A DNA stretch of 64,000 nucleotides from Vicinamibacterales bacterium (GCA_965207675.1 CBDBMY010000010.1:745000-808999), one strand, 5' to 3'. Positions 9,184 through 18,990 are shown, counted from the first letter of the stretch. Notes: a model not told the origin generated them from the letters alone. A program made the numbers and translations.

Positions 9184-9340
9184 GGTGGTTGGTCGTCGGG
9201 TGTGGCTCCGCGGGCAGGCCGCCGAGCTCCCTTCCTGATCATACCGCGTCGGTGCGCGGGAGGTTCCGGCAGCGGCGCGGAACCGCGTCGCGCCGTTGCG
9301 GGCGGCGCCGGAACCGCCGGTCCCGCGGGCGAAGAATCAG

Positions 9341-9369
9341 TTGAATCCTGATTGCGACCCCGGTATTCT
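9341..9369 (+). promoter_or_regulatory. Putative sigma70-type promoter (TTGAAT-N17-TATTCT) inside an AT-richer inverted repeat
   Basis: This is the only AT-rich patch in the 9184-9568 divergent intergenic region. It is flanked by GAAGAAT...ATTCTTC and AATCAG...CTGATT inverted repeats. Confidence 0.3.
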
Positions 9370-9568
9370 TCAAGCCCGTAGCCGTTCGGCGAGCGGCTGG
9401 GCGGTGCGTGGCGTTCCGCCACCCGCGGCCATCGCGCCTCCGGTGCACCGGCATCGGGGCGTCGCGCCCGCGGGACGGCGGCGGTTCACGCACCGGCACA
9501 TGGACCCGCTGTGCATCGGTGGCGGCGCGCCGCCGTCCATGAACGGGTCGCATCACGAGGGCGCAATC

Positions 9569-10510
9569 ATGGACTTTCTGTTTCAGTACGGGACCGACCC
9601 CTGGGGACAAGAGATCATCATCCGGCTCGCGTGGGGGCTGCTGACCCTGTCGTTCTGGGCCGGTATCGGGTTCGTCGTGTTTCACGCCGTCTACGCCGTG
9701 GTGTGGAAGCCGCGGGTCGAGCCGGAGGAAGGGGCGGGCGCGGCCGATCCCGCCATTCCCGAGAAGATCGTGCGCCACACCAGCGCCGCCCGCATGTTCC
9801 ACTGGGTGATGGCGGCGGCGATGATCGCGCTCCTCGTCACCGGCTTCTTCCCCATCGTGGGGCTCGAGTTCAGCTGGCTGACCATTCACTGGGTGTCCGG
9901 CCTGATCCTGGTCCTGTGCATCGTCTACCACATCGTGCACGCCTCCTTTTTCCTGGACTTCTGGTCGATCTGGATTCTTCCCCGCGACCTGAAGGAGGCG
10001 GTCCAGCGGACCCAGCGACAGCTCGGGGCCACCGTCGCCATCGACAAGCACGGCAAGTACCCGCTCGATCACAAGCTCTACCACCTGGCCGTCACCATCT
10101 TCGGCCTCGTGGTCGCGGCCACCGGGCTGGTGATGATGTTCAAGATCGAGAACCCGATCGTGCCGATGAACGAGCTCCTCCTCGAGGGTGTGACGGCCAT
10201 GTCGAACGACGAGGCGTGGGGCGTCGTCTACGCCACGCACGGCTTCTCGTCGGTGCTGTTCGTCATGCTGACCATCACCCACATCTACTTCGCCATCCGG
10301 CCCGAGAAGCTGTGGATCACGAAGTCGATGATCTTCGGCACCGTGAGCCGCGACGACTATCTGGCGCATCACAGCCCGAAGCGGTGGGACGTCACCCCGC
10401 CCAAGCCCAAGGCCAAGCCCCCGGCCCCGGCCCCGGCCGCCGCGGCCCCGCCGGCCGCGCCGCCGCCGGCCGCTCCCCCGGCCCCGAGCGCAGGCCAACC
10501 GGCGTCGTGA
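9569..10510 (+). CDS. Membrane b-type cytochrome (cytochrome b561 / FdnI / Ni-Fe hydrogenase cytochrome-b-like) with a Pro/Ala-rich tail
   Basis: Four predicted TM helices with conserved His positions (RHTSAARMFHWVMAAAMI, IHWVSGLILVLCIVYHIVH, ATHGFSSVLFVMLTITHIYFAIRPEK). The start is uncertain; an in-frame ATG also lies near 9500. Confidence 0.75.
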   Translation: MDFLFQYGTDPWGQEIIIRLAWGLLTLSFWAGIGFVVFHAVYAVVWKPRVEPEEGAGAADPAIPEKIVRHTSAARMFHWVMAAAMIALLVTGFFPIVGLEFSWLTIHWVSGLILVLCIVYHIVHASFFLDFWSIWILPRDLKEAVQRTQRQLGATVAIDKHGKYPLDHKLYHLAVTIFGLVVAATGLVMMFKIENPIVPMNELLLEGVTAMSNDEAWGVVYATHGFSSVLFVMLTITHIYFAIRPEKLWITKSMIFGTVSRDDYLAHHSPKRWDVTPPKPKAKPPAPAPAAAAPPAAPPPAAPPAPSAGQPAS

Positions 10511-10520
10511 GGAGCAGCAG

Positions 10521-10988
10521 GTGTCCGATACAGCCACCGAGGTTCTGAGGAAACGCATCGACGCGCTCGAGGGGGGCTACGAGTACTTCCTCAGCTACGC
10601 CTCCAAGGGCTACAAGGGTGAGCCGGGCGTCGGCGACGGCGAGTTGCGCCGCCTGCTCGACGGCATGGACCGGGCCCTCGACGGGCTCGGGCCGTTCCTC
10701 GCGGCGATCGTGCGCGAGCGGGGCCTCGAGCCGGCCTCGGCCTACGACGGGTTCATCGACGTGCTCGCCGGCGACGCCGATCGGGCGCGGAAGGTGCTGG
10801 GTCTCGTGCGAGCCCAGCCCGGCATCAGCAGCCAGGTCATCGACAACCTGAACGGGTCGATCCACCTGCGGGCGATGCTCACCGACCTGTTCCTCATCGA
10901 CGAGATACTGCGCCCGCGCGCGTCCGAGGCGATACCGGCGGCGGCCCTCGCCAACGAGAAGCCGCCGCCCGAGCCCGCTTCGACCTGA
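10521..10988 (+). CDS. Hypothetical cytoplasmic protein, translationally linked to the cytochrome b gene
   Basis: GTG start 10 nt after the cytochrome b stop, with AGGAG upstream. High GC3 and a plausible helical composition. No family recognised. Confidence 0.55.
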   Translation: MSDTATEVLRKRIDALEGGYEYFLSYASKGYKGEPGVGDGELRRLLDGMDRALDGLGPFLAAIVRERGLEPASAYDGFIDVLAGDADRARKVLGLVRAQPGISSQVIDNLNGSIHLRAMLTDLFLIDEILRPRASEAIPAAALANEKPPPEPAST

Positions 10989-11287
10989 TTCGTTGGTTCC
11001 GGTTCGTTCCGTTCGCCGCTGCCCTCGCCGGCGGGGTCCGCGCCGCGAGGCTCCGGGTTCTCGTGGGTGGGCGGGCAGGGAGGCATGAACGCGCAGATTC
11101 TTGCGGTGACGCTCCGCGAGGCCTGCGGCGCCGCGGAGGGCGGCGGGGCGGCGGTAGGGCCGATGGAGTCCGCGTCGTAGCCCGGCGCGTACTCCATGGA
11201 AGGTGGGTTGAGGCCCCCGGCGGAGCCGAGGGCGGTGATGGGCGGCCCCGGCGGCCGATTGCGGGCCGCGCGCCAGGGAGAACGACG

Positions 11288-12373
11288 ATGAGCCAGCGCA
11301 GTCATGCGGCGTGGGCGGCGGTCGTGATCGCGATCGGGTGGACGGCGCCGCTGCCGGCTCTCGGGCAGGGGCAGGCCGCGGACGACGCCGAGTCGGCGAC
11401 CGCGTGGACCCTGCCGCGGCTGCCCGACGGCCAGCCCGATTTCCAGGGCTACTGGACCACCCAGACCTTCACCCCCCTCGAGCGGCCCGAGTACCTGGGC
11501 GACAAGGCGTTCTTCACCGAGGAGGAGGCGGCGGCCCTGCACGCGCAGCTCACGGCCGAGGGCGTCGACCCGTCGGCGCGGAGCGCGATCAACATCGAGG
11601 ACGTGGAGGAGAGGGAGCGCGCGCTGTACCAGGTCAACCGCGACCCGTCCTACGTCCACTACGACAACGAGATCTGGCTGCGGACCCCGGTGCCCAAGGG
11701 CCTGTCGACGCGCCGCACGTCGCTCATCGTCGATCCGCCGAACGGGAGGTTCCCGCCCCTGACCCCGGAGGCGGCGGAGAAGCTGGCCGCCGAGGCGGAG
11801 GCGAGGCGGCTCCCGAGCGCGTTCGACAGCCATCTGACCCGGCCGTTCCCCGAGCGCTGCATCGTGTGGGCGCACGAGGGCCCGCCGAACCTGCCGCCGG
11901 CCTACAACGACATCCACCAGATCTTCCAGACCCCCGGCTACATCGTCATCTTCACCGAGCTGAACACCAACCCCCCGCGCATCATCCCCCTCGACGGGCG
12001 CCCGCACGTCTCCGACAGGATCCGCCACTTCGCGGGCGACTCGCGCGGCCGGTGGGAGGGCGACACCCTGGTCGTCGAGACCACGAACTACAACGCGCGC
12101 CGCCGTTTCCGCGGGTCCACCGACGCCCTGCACGTCGTGGAGCGCTTCACGCGCATCGGCCCCGACGAGATCCGCTACGAGTTCACCGTCGACGATCCGA
12201 ACACGTGGACGGCGCCGTGGAGCGTCGAGCTGCCGATGGTGACGACCGAGGGGCCGATGTACGAGTACGCCTGCCACGAGGGCAACCACGACATCCGGCA
12301 CATCCTCGAGATCTACCGGAACCTGGAGAGGCAGGCGGCGGAGGCCGAGGCGGCGGAGCAGGCGTCGAGGTAG
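11288..12373 (+). CDS. Secreted hypothetical protein (YEYACHEGNHD motif family)
   Basis: Signal peptide MSQRSHAAWAAVVIAIGWTAPLPALGQGQA and a 361-aa ORF with coherent codon usage. No named family recognised. Confidence 0.7.
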   Translation: MSQRSHAAWAAVVIAIGWTAPLPALGQGQAADDAESATAWTLPRLPDGQPDFQGYWTTQTFTPLERPEYLGDKAFFTEEEAAALHAQLTAEGVDPSARSAINIEDVEERERALYQVNRDPSYVHYDNEIWLRTPVPKGLSTRRTSLIVDPPNGRFPPLTPEAAEKLAAEAEARRLPSAFDSHLTRPFPERCIVWAHEGPPNLPPAYNDIHQIFQTPGYIVIFTELNTNPPRIIPLDGRPHVSDRIRHFAGDSRGRWEGDTLVVETTNYNARRRFRGSTDALHVVERFTRIGPDEIRYEFTVDDPNTWTAPWSVELPMVTTEGPMYEYACHEGNHDIRHILEIYRNLERQAAEAEAAEQASR

Positions 12374-12384
12374 GGGGCGAACGG

Positions 12385-12864
12385 ATGACGATTCGGACGG
12401 CACTGACGGCAGGGCTGCTCGTTGCCGCAACGGCGTTTCCGCTCGCGGCCGGGGGCGGGCAGCAGGCGAGGACACGGAGACCCGAGCCGCAGGTCGAGTT
12501 CGTCCAGACCGTCGGCTGCGTCGAGCGCCGGACCCGGGAGGAGTCGACCTGGTGGCTGACCCGCGCCGCCGAGCCCACGGTGACGCGGGCGGGCGTCTTC
12601 AACGAGGACCAGGTCGGCGAGGCTCGGGAGACCGCCTTCGGCGACGGCGAGTTCCGCCTCATCGGATTCGCCGACTTCCTGACCCCCGAGGGCCTGCTGA
12701 ACTTCGGCGACCGCGCCCTCTTCACCGACCCCGACCAGATCAACGCCAGCGGCGAGTTGCGGCCGGGCCGCACGGTGCTCGTGAAGGGCCTCCTCATCGA
12801 GACCGACGGGGAGTCGCGCATCAACCTCACGTCGGTGGTCGGCCTCGCCGACGCCTGCGAGTGA
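12385..12864 (+). CDS. Secreted hypothetical protein
   Basis: ATG 11 nt after the previous stop; signal peptide MTIRTALTAGLLVAATAFPLAAG. Confidence 0.6.
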   Translation: MTIRTALTAGLLVAATAFPLAAGGGQQARTRRPEPQVEFVQTVGCVERRTREESTWWLTRAAEPTVTRAGVFNEDQVGEARETAFGDGEFRLIGFADFLTPEGLLNFGDRALFTDPDQINASGELRPGRTVLVKGLLIETDGESRINLTSVVGLADACE

Positions 12865-13231
12865 GCGGTCGCGGGTGGCCGCGGCGTCTCGCGCCGACGG
12901 GGCCGCCTGCGCGCCAGCCGGCGTGTTCCGGGCCGGCGGACGGGCGAGACTCGCGCCACCGCTCGATGCCGCGGCCCCGTCGTCTCCCGGCCCGTCCCTC
13001 GGTCCCCTGGATCCATGACTCTCGCGCCTGGACGACCGCGGGTGACTGCGGGCCGGGGCCGTCGCCGCTATCGTGGACGACCGCGTCCGCGATAGCGCTA
13101 CCTGCGACCCACCGCAACAGCGGGTCGAGGGGACGGTGCAATGCTGACGACGGGCGTCGAGGGGACGCGCAATGCCGACACGACGGTGAGGGTCGCGGTC
13201 GGCCCGGACACGGAACTCGCAGGAGGTCGAC

Positions 13232-14935
13232 ATGAAGCGTCGCGCGTTGCTCGCGGTGTGCGTATTCGCCGGCGTCGTCCTGGCGACGGCGTATCCCGGT
13301 CAGGCGCAGGTGCGGGAGGTCACTCCGGTCACCGACGCGATGCTGCAGAATCCCGACCCCGCCGACTGGTTGAGCTGGCGGCGCACCCTCGACGGGTGGG
13401 GATACAGCCCGCTCGACGAGATCGACCGCGGCAACGTGGGCGAGTTGCGGCTCGCCTGGTCCTGGGGCCTCGAGCCCGGGGTGTCGCAGACGACGCCGAT
13501 CGTGCACGACGGCGTCATGTACGTCGCGAACCCCGGCAACGTGGTCCAGGCCCTCGACGCGCGCACCGGCGACTTCATCTGGGAGTACCGCCGCGAGATG
13601 GACGAGCGGCGCCGGAGCGCGGCGCAGATGCGCAGCCTCGCCGTCCACCGGGACCTGGTCATCCTGAACACCGTCGACGCGCACGTCGTCGGGCTCGATG
13701 CCCGAACCGGCGAGGCGCGCTGGGACACGCCGGTCGCGGGCGGCCAGGAGGGCTACACCTTCTCGAACGGGCCGATCGTCGTCGACGGGACGGTCGTCGC
13801 GGGCCTGACGGGCTGCGGGCGCTACCGCGACGACACCTGCTACGTCGTCGGCGTCGACTCCGGCACCGGCCGGCTGCTCTGGCGAACCTCGACCATCGCC
13901 CGGCCCGGCGAGAGCGGCGGCGACACCTGGGGCGACCTGCCGCTCATGTTCCGCGCCGGCGCCGACGCCTGGATGACCGGGAGCTACGACCCCGTCACCG
14001 GGCTCGTCTACTGGGGTACTTCGCAGCCCAAGCCGCACAACCGCGACGCCCGCGGCACGGCCGGCGACGCCCTCTACAGCAACTCGACCCTCGCGCTCGA
14101 CCCCGCGACCGGCGAGATGAGGTGGTACTACCAGCACATCCCGGGCGATTCGCACGACATGGACGAGTCGTTCGAGCGCATCCTGATCGACTACGACGGC
14201 CGGCAGTCGCTGTTCACGATGGGCAAGCTCGGCATTCTCTGGGAGCTCGACCGCGTCACCGGCGAGTTCCGGCGCGCGCTCGATCTCGGCTACCAGAACA
14301 TCGTGGACGTCCACCCGCGGACCGGCGAGGTGACCCATCGCGACGGGATGCTGTCGGACGTCGGCGAGGAGCTCTTCTTCTGCCCCAGCACCGGCGGCTT
14401 CAAGAGCTTGCGGGCGATGGCGTATCACCCCGGGACCGAGGCGCTGTACGTGCCGCTCAACCTCAACTGCGAGACCGCCGCCTTCGCCCCCGTCGAGCGA
14501 CGGGCCGGGGGCGGCGGGGGCGGCGCCGTGCGCGGCCGGCTGAACCACTTTCATCCCCAGGCGCCGGACCAGCTCGGCGAGCTCCAGGCGCTGGATCTTC
14601 GGACCGGCGAGACCCTCTGGCGCCAGCGTCTCCGGGTGCCCTACAACACGTCGGCGCTGACGACCGGCGGCGGCCTGGTGTTCATCGGCGACTGGGGGCG
14701 GCGCGTCCACGCCTACGACGTGCGGACCGGCGAGCCCCTCTGGCAGAGCCGGCTCCCGACCATGGCGAACGGGTTCCCCATCACCTATGCCGTCGACGGC
14801 CGGCAGTTCGTCGCGTTCGTGGCCGGCCCGTCCATCGGCGGCTCGAGCTGGGCGACGATCCTCCCGGCCGACCTCCTTCCCGAAGAGCGCAACCCGCGGG
14901 GCGGCAGCGGCGTCTTCGTCTTCGCGTTGCCCTGA
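13232..14935 (+). CDS. PQQ-dependent dehydrogenase (methanol/ethanol-family-like quinoprotein beta-propeller), paralog 1
   Basis: AGGAGG SD and a signal peptide. The N-terminal signature VTDAMLQNPDPADWLSWRRTLDGWGYSPLDEI is followed by repeated W-motif propeller blades. Confidence 0.85.
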   Translation: MKRRALLAVCVFAGVVLATAYPGQAQVREVTPVTDAMLQNPDPADWLSWRRTLDGWGYSPLDEIDRGNVGELRLAWSWGLEPGVSQTTPIVHDGVMYVANPGNVVQALDARTGDFIWEYRREMDERRRSAAQMRSLAVHRDLVILNTVDAHVVGLDARTGEARWDTPVAGGQEGYTFSNGPIVVDGTVVAGLTGCGRYRDDTCYVVGVDSGTGRLLWRTSTIARPGESGGDTWGDLPLMFRAGADAWMTGSYDPVTGLVYWGTSQPKPHNRDARGTAGDALYSNSTLALDPATGEMRWYYQHIPGDSHDMDESFERILIDYDGRQSLFTMGKLGILWELDRVTGEFRRALDLGYQNIVDVHPRTGEVTHRDGMLSDVGEELFFCPSTGGFKSLRAMAYHPGTEALYVPLNLNCETAAFAPVERRAGGGGGGAVRGRLNHFHPQAPDQLGELQALDLRTGETLWRQRLRVPYNTSALTTGGGLVFIGDWGRRVHAYDVRTGEPLWQSRLPTMANGFPITYAVDGRQFVAFVAGPSIGGSSWATILPADLLPEERNPRGGSGVFVFALP

Positions 14936-14997
14936 TTCGACCTGCTACGGCACCGGCCTCCGACGACCCGGCGGCCGCCGTTGCACGACGCCAAGCC

Positions 14998-15519
14998 TCA
15001 CGCCCCCCGCAGAACGGTGGTGATCGGCAGACGCGAGGCGCGCATCGCCGGCGCCATGCCGCCGATGACGCCGAGTGCGATGGCCCACCCGAGAGCGAGC
15101 CACAACGACTCCAGCGTCACCCGGAACGCAAAGGCCAACTGGGACCCTGCGGCCGGGTTGAGCGTCGATGCGTTATAGCCGTCGAGCGCCGCGTACACGA
15201 CGGCGGCGCCCAGGATGCCCCCGGCGAGCGCAAGCACCGTCGCCTCGACCAGGACCGAAACGACGACCGGAACGGCGTGGAAGCCGAGGGCGCGGAGGGT
15301 CGCGATCAGCGGTCCCAGGTCCACGGCGAACCCGGCAGGGAGCACGGCCATGTAGGAGTGCCGCGCGGACACGACCGCGCAGACCGCGCCGAAGGCGAGC
15401 AGCACGATCAACTGCGCGTTGCGGTTTCGCGGCGCCAACGCGAGAAGACGGATTGCGAGCACGGACAGGAAGGCGATGTGGGCACCGTCGATGGCGGCGT
15501 AGAGAAGGTGCAGGTTCAT
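14998..15519 (-). pseudogene. C-terminal FtsX-domain fragment of a MacB/LolE-type ABC permease
   Basis: IATLRALGF...VLVEATVLALAGGILGA...GMAPAMRASRLPITTVLR is a typical FtsX C-terminus. The N-terminal TM helix and periplasmic domain are missing, and no partner ATPase is adjacent. Confidence 0.55.
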
Positions 15520-15597
15520 CGAGTCACCCGCGGCGGTACCGCCGGTCGGCGTCGCACCCCGGTGATCGCGACGAGTCCCTCCTCGAGCCGCTGTCCG

Positions 15598-15760
15598 TCA
15601 GTGCCAGCATGGCGGGCGATGCATGGGTCGCGATGCCGCCAGTCGGCTCTTGCAGTTGATCGCGATGGCGAGCGCCTGAGGGTCGAGGCGCCGCGCGGCG
15701 CGCCACAGGCGTCCGCCGGTCGTGGCCAGTGTCAGTACTTCGTCGCCCACTGGTTGATTT
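15598..15760 (-). pseudogene. Remnant of a second copy of the partner/AbiEii-like module (partner tail plus internally deleted toxin)
   Basis: KINQWATKY-stop overlaps VGDEVLTLATTGGRLW...LDPQALAIAINCKSRLAA. Compare REINGWAKYSL-stop overlapping VGEVLTLRTTAGPLW...LDPDALAIAVNARTRVAA in the intact module at 15997-17492. Confidence 0.55.
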
Positions 15761-15761
15761 T

Positions 15762-15975
15762 CCAGGCGCTGGACCTGCGAACCGGCGAAGCGTCATGGCG
15801 GCCGCGTCTCCGCGTGCCCTACAACACCGCGGCCCTGACCACCGGCGGCGGCCTGGTGTTCATCGGCGACTGGGGGCGGCGCGTCCACGCCTACGACCGT
15901 TGACCGGCAAGCCGATCTGGCAGAGCCGGCCCGACCACGGCCCGGGGGGCGCAAGCACGGTCGCCGTCGACCAGT
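15762..15975 (+). pseudogene. C-terminal fragment of a PQQ dehydrogenase paralog
   Basis: QALDLRTGEASWRPRLRVPYNTAALTTGGGLVFIGDWGRRVHAYD, then a frameshift and LTGKPIWQSR. Nt 15841-15897 are identical to 14663-14719 of paralog 1. Confidence 0.75.
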
Positions 15976-15996
15976 CGCGCCGAGGCTGTCGCGCGT

Positions 15997-16953
15997 TCAG
16001 CGCTCGGAGTCGAAACGCCTGCCCGCTGCCCGGGTTGGCGGCGTGGGAGCCACGCGCCCTGTTTCCCATTCGACAGGGGGCAGTGACGGGTCCGCGACGG
16101 CGCTCCGCGCGCATTCGAGCAGGCGGTCGCCGCCGAGAACGTTGTAGTAGAAGTACTCGTTCAGGCCGTTCAGCGCGAAGCCACGGTCGAGCTCGTCGGG
16201 CGCGAGCTCGATGCGATTGGGGCTGCCGTGTCTGGTTTCGGTTTCGATGATGGTCCGGTCGCCCTCGGTGTGGAGCGCCACTCGCTGGTAGATCGCGCCT
16301 TGGGCCGAGGCCGCGGCGCGCAGCCCCAGCCTTTCCGGGTCGTCCTGCATCGACTCGGGCACGCCGAGGAGCTGCTCGTCGGCCTCACGGCCGAATCGGC
16401 TGTTGGCCTTCTCCCACGACATGCACACCAGCTCGGCGGCGACGCGCGTTCTCGCGTTGACGGCGATCGCGAGGGCGTCGGGGTCGAGCTGGTCGGCCTT
16501 GATGACGTCGAAGACGTCGCGAACGGGGGCCCTGGCCGCTCGCTCCATCTTGCCGTGGAGTATCTGGGCGTTCGACAGCACGACGAACGGTTCGCCGTCG
16601 ACGATGGCGGTCTGTTGCGCGCCGGCCGGCCGCGGCTGGAGCTTCGACACGTCGAGGAGGCCGGTACCGAAGTCGATCTTCAAGTGGTCGTCGCGGTATC
16701 TGGGTCTGCCCCCGAGCTTCGTGAGGGCTTCCTCGAGCCGCGGCCGCAGGTAGCCGAGGTTCGTTCCGGGCCCGGTGGTCAGGTCGATGTCGAAGCTGTC
16801 GCGGTGTTGGAATCTGGCCGCGAGCGTCGTTCCTCCGCCGAGACGGCACTCGTGGGGTGCGCCCGGCAGCTCCGCGAGGCACTCCGCGACCGCTTTCCTG
16901 ACCAGCCGCCACAGGGGCCCGGCGGTGGTTCTCAGAGTGAGTACTTCGCCCAC
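15997..16953 (-). CDS. Nucleotidyltransferase, AbiEii/AbiGii (DUF1814) toxin-like
   Basis: CRLGGGTTLAARFQHRDSFDIDLT fits the GG-x-aL...R-x-S-x-DIDL nucleotidyltransferase motif of the family. The GTG start at 16953 overlaps the upstream gene by 22 nt. Confidence 0.6.
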   Translation of the reverse strand: MGEVLTLRTTAGPLWRLVRKAVAECLAELPGAPHECRLGGGTTLAARFQHRDSFDIDLTTGPGTNLGYLRPRLEEALTKLGGRPRYRDDHLKIDFGTGLLDVSKLQPRPAGAQQTAIVDGEPFVVLSNAQILHGKMERAARAPVRDVFDVIKADQLDPDALAIAVNARTRVAAELVCMSWEKANSRFGREADEQLLGVPESMQDDPERLGLRAAASAQGAIYQRVALHTEGDRTIIETETRHGSPNRIELAPDELDRGFALNGLNEYFYYNVLGGDRLLECARSAVADPSLPPVEWETGRVAPTPPTRAAGRRFDSER

Positions 16954-17492
16954 CCGTTGATCTCGCGGATTCGCTCCCCGCAGTCGAAATCGGCCAGGTG
17001 CAGCGCGCGCACGAGCTCGCGGTCCGTGTATGCCCGCTGCGCCCACGCCTCGAGGAGCTCGTGAAACGCCGCCTCGCGGCCCCAGGCGGACACGATGGCC
17101 CGTTGGCGGTCGGTCGGGCGGGTAGCCCGCACGGCGTCGTAGAACTCGCTCGCGGTGGGCCGGGTCTTCCAACCGGCGCAGCTGCTCATCAGGCGGAAGT
17201 GCACGGCGTCGGCGTGTCTGCCGGTTCGCGCGTCCGGGTCCTCGAGCCGCTCGAAGTCCCGGGCCGTCGCGGGGTCGTCGCTGAAGGCGGAGGGCGGGAG
17301 GAGCGTCGCCAACGCCCATCGATCGGGCTCTCGCAGGCGCCGCTCGATCTCCTGCCGTACTCGTGCGGGCGCGTTCCCGGGCGTGCCGTCGACAGGGATG
17401 GGAGCGTGGGCCGGAGAAGCGGCCCGTGGCCGGTCGCCGGGGGCGGCAGGCTCGTGCTCGACGGTATGGTCTCCACCCTTCACGTCGTTCAT
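16932..17492 (-). CDS. Hypothetical protein, upstream overlapping partner of the AbiEii-like gene (possible non-canonical antitoxin)
   Basis: 186-aa ORF starting MNDVKGGDHTV, overlapping the toxin-like gene start. I see no AbiEi-type winged-helix signature. Confidence 0.5.
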   Translation of the reverse strand: MNDVKGGDHTVEHEPAAPGDRPRAASPAHAPIPVDGTPGNAPARVRQEIERRLREPDRWALATLLPPSAFSDDPATARDFERLEDPDARTGRHADAVHFRLMSSCAGWKTRPTASEFYDAVRATRPTDRQRAIVSAWGREAAFHELLEAWAQRAYTDRELVRALHLADFDCGERIREINGWAKYSL

Positions 17493-17672
17493 GATCGTTC
17501 GTTCCACCGGCGGCGCGCAAGGGCGGGGCGGCGGGCAGGCTCCCGGCGCGAGAGCAGTGCCTTGTCGCGCGGATCGCGTCCGAGTTGGCGGGAGTCGTGG
17601 ACGTCTTGCCCTCGGTCGCTCGGCCAGTCGGCCAGCGGCGGGCCGCACAGCGATCGACGATGAGCAGCGCCG

Positions 17673-18833
17673 TTACGCCGCACGCTTGACGTCAGTGCCC
17701 GCGCGTCGGTTGATCCTCACGAACAGCTTCAGAAACAGCTCGACCGGAGCCAGCCGTATCGCCACTTCGCGGATGCCGCACGCGACGGGGTTCATGGCGC
17801 GCATGACTCTCGCCGTCCGGCGCCCTTGGGCCACGAGGACGGCCGTCTTCGGGAGCCGCTCCCGTTCGTACGCCCGCAGGGCGTCCGCCACGTTCGCGCC
17901 TTCACCGAGGGCCTGGCCGAGGGCGACGGCGTCGACAATCGCCTGGGCCGCGCCCTGGCCGGTGTGCGGCAGCAATGGATGCGCGGCGTCCCCGAGCAGC
18001 GTCACGACACCCTCGCCCCAGTGCGGCAGGGGGTCGCGGTCGACCAGCTCATCGCAACGCAGCTCGTCGGTATCGGACGCGACGGCACGAAAGGTCGCAT
18101 CCATGCGCGGCGACATGTGCGCCACGATGGCGGCGGGGTCCCGCGTATCGGGCGGGACGATCTCGCGCGCGAGCGACAGATACCAGTAGATCGCGGTGTC
18201 GCCGGCCCGGACGAGAACCGACTCGAGACCCCGACCGAGGTACATGATGGCGGACAGGTCGCCCAGATGATGCCCGGCGTCGGAAGCGCCCCGCACCGCG
18301 ACGATGCCGCACGCCCGCGGCGGCGGCTCCGAGGGATGGAGCATGCGGCGGATGGCGGACCCGACCCCGTCCGCCCCGATCAGCAGGTCACCCTCGGCGG
18401 TCTCGCCGGACGCGGTGTGGATGGCGACCCGGTCGCCGTCCGCCCTGAATCCGGTGACTCTGCTCCCGAACGTGATCGCGTCCGGACCGAGCGCCTCGAG
18501 CAAGGCGCCGTACAGCGCCGAGCGAACGGTGACGACCATCGGACCGCCGAGCGCTGCCTCGGACGACGGCAACTCGGCGCGCTTCAGAACCGTGCCGTCC
18601 ATGCGGCGGAGCTCGCCGCGCGTCGGCCGGAAGCCGCGTGCCAGAACGGCGTCGGCGACGCCCAGTTGGCGGAGCGCCGCGATGGCGTTGGGCGCCATGC
18701 CGAGCCCGAAGCCGAGCTCCCGCGCCGATGCCGCGCGCTCGAACAGCCGAACCTCCCAACCCGCTTGCCGGAGAGCGATTCCGGCCGACAGGCCGCCGAT
18801 GCCCGCGCCGACGATGAGGGCGGTACGCTTCAT
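17673..18833 (-). CDS. FAD-dependent monooxygenase (UbiH/salicylate-hydroxylase class), paralog A
   Basis: MKRTALIVGAGIGGLSAGIAL dinucleotide-binding motif, DGVGSAIR, and GDAAHPLLPHTGQGAAQAIVDA FAD-binding motif. Confidence 0.85.
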   Translation of the reverse strand: MKRTALIVGAGIGGLSAGIALRQAGWEVRLFERAASARELGFGLGMAPNAIAALRQLGVADAVLARGFRPTRGELRRMDGTVLKRAELPSSEAALGGPMVVTVRSALYGALLEALGPDAITFGSRVTGFRADGDRVAIHTASGETAEGDLLIGADGVGSAIRRMLHPSEPPPRACGIVAVRGASDAGHHLGDLSAIMYLGRGLESVLVRAGDTAIYWYLSLAREIVPPDTRDPAAIVAHMSPRMDATFRAVASDTDELRCDELVDRDPLPHWGEGVVTLLGDAAHPLLPHTGQGAAQAIVDAVALGQALGEGANVADALRAYERERLPKTAVLVAQGRRTARVMRAMNPVACGIREVAIRLAPVELFLKLFVRINRRAGTDVKRAA

Positions 18834-18990
18834 CCGCGGGTACCTCCAAACGAGACAGGGCATATGCCGTCCGCGTGCCGTCCCGGCGAGGTTGGCATGG
18901 ACGAAAGCGTCTCAACCTCGACGACATCGGCGGCTGCTCCTCGACAGGCCGGTGCGGCGATGACGCCCCACCGTAGATGCGGCTGCAACA

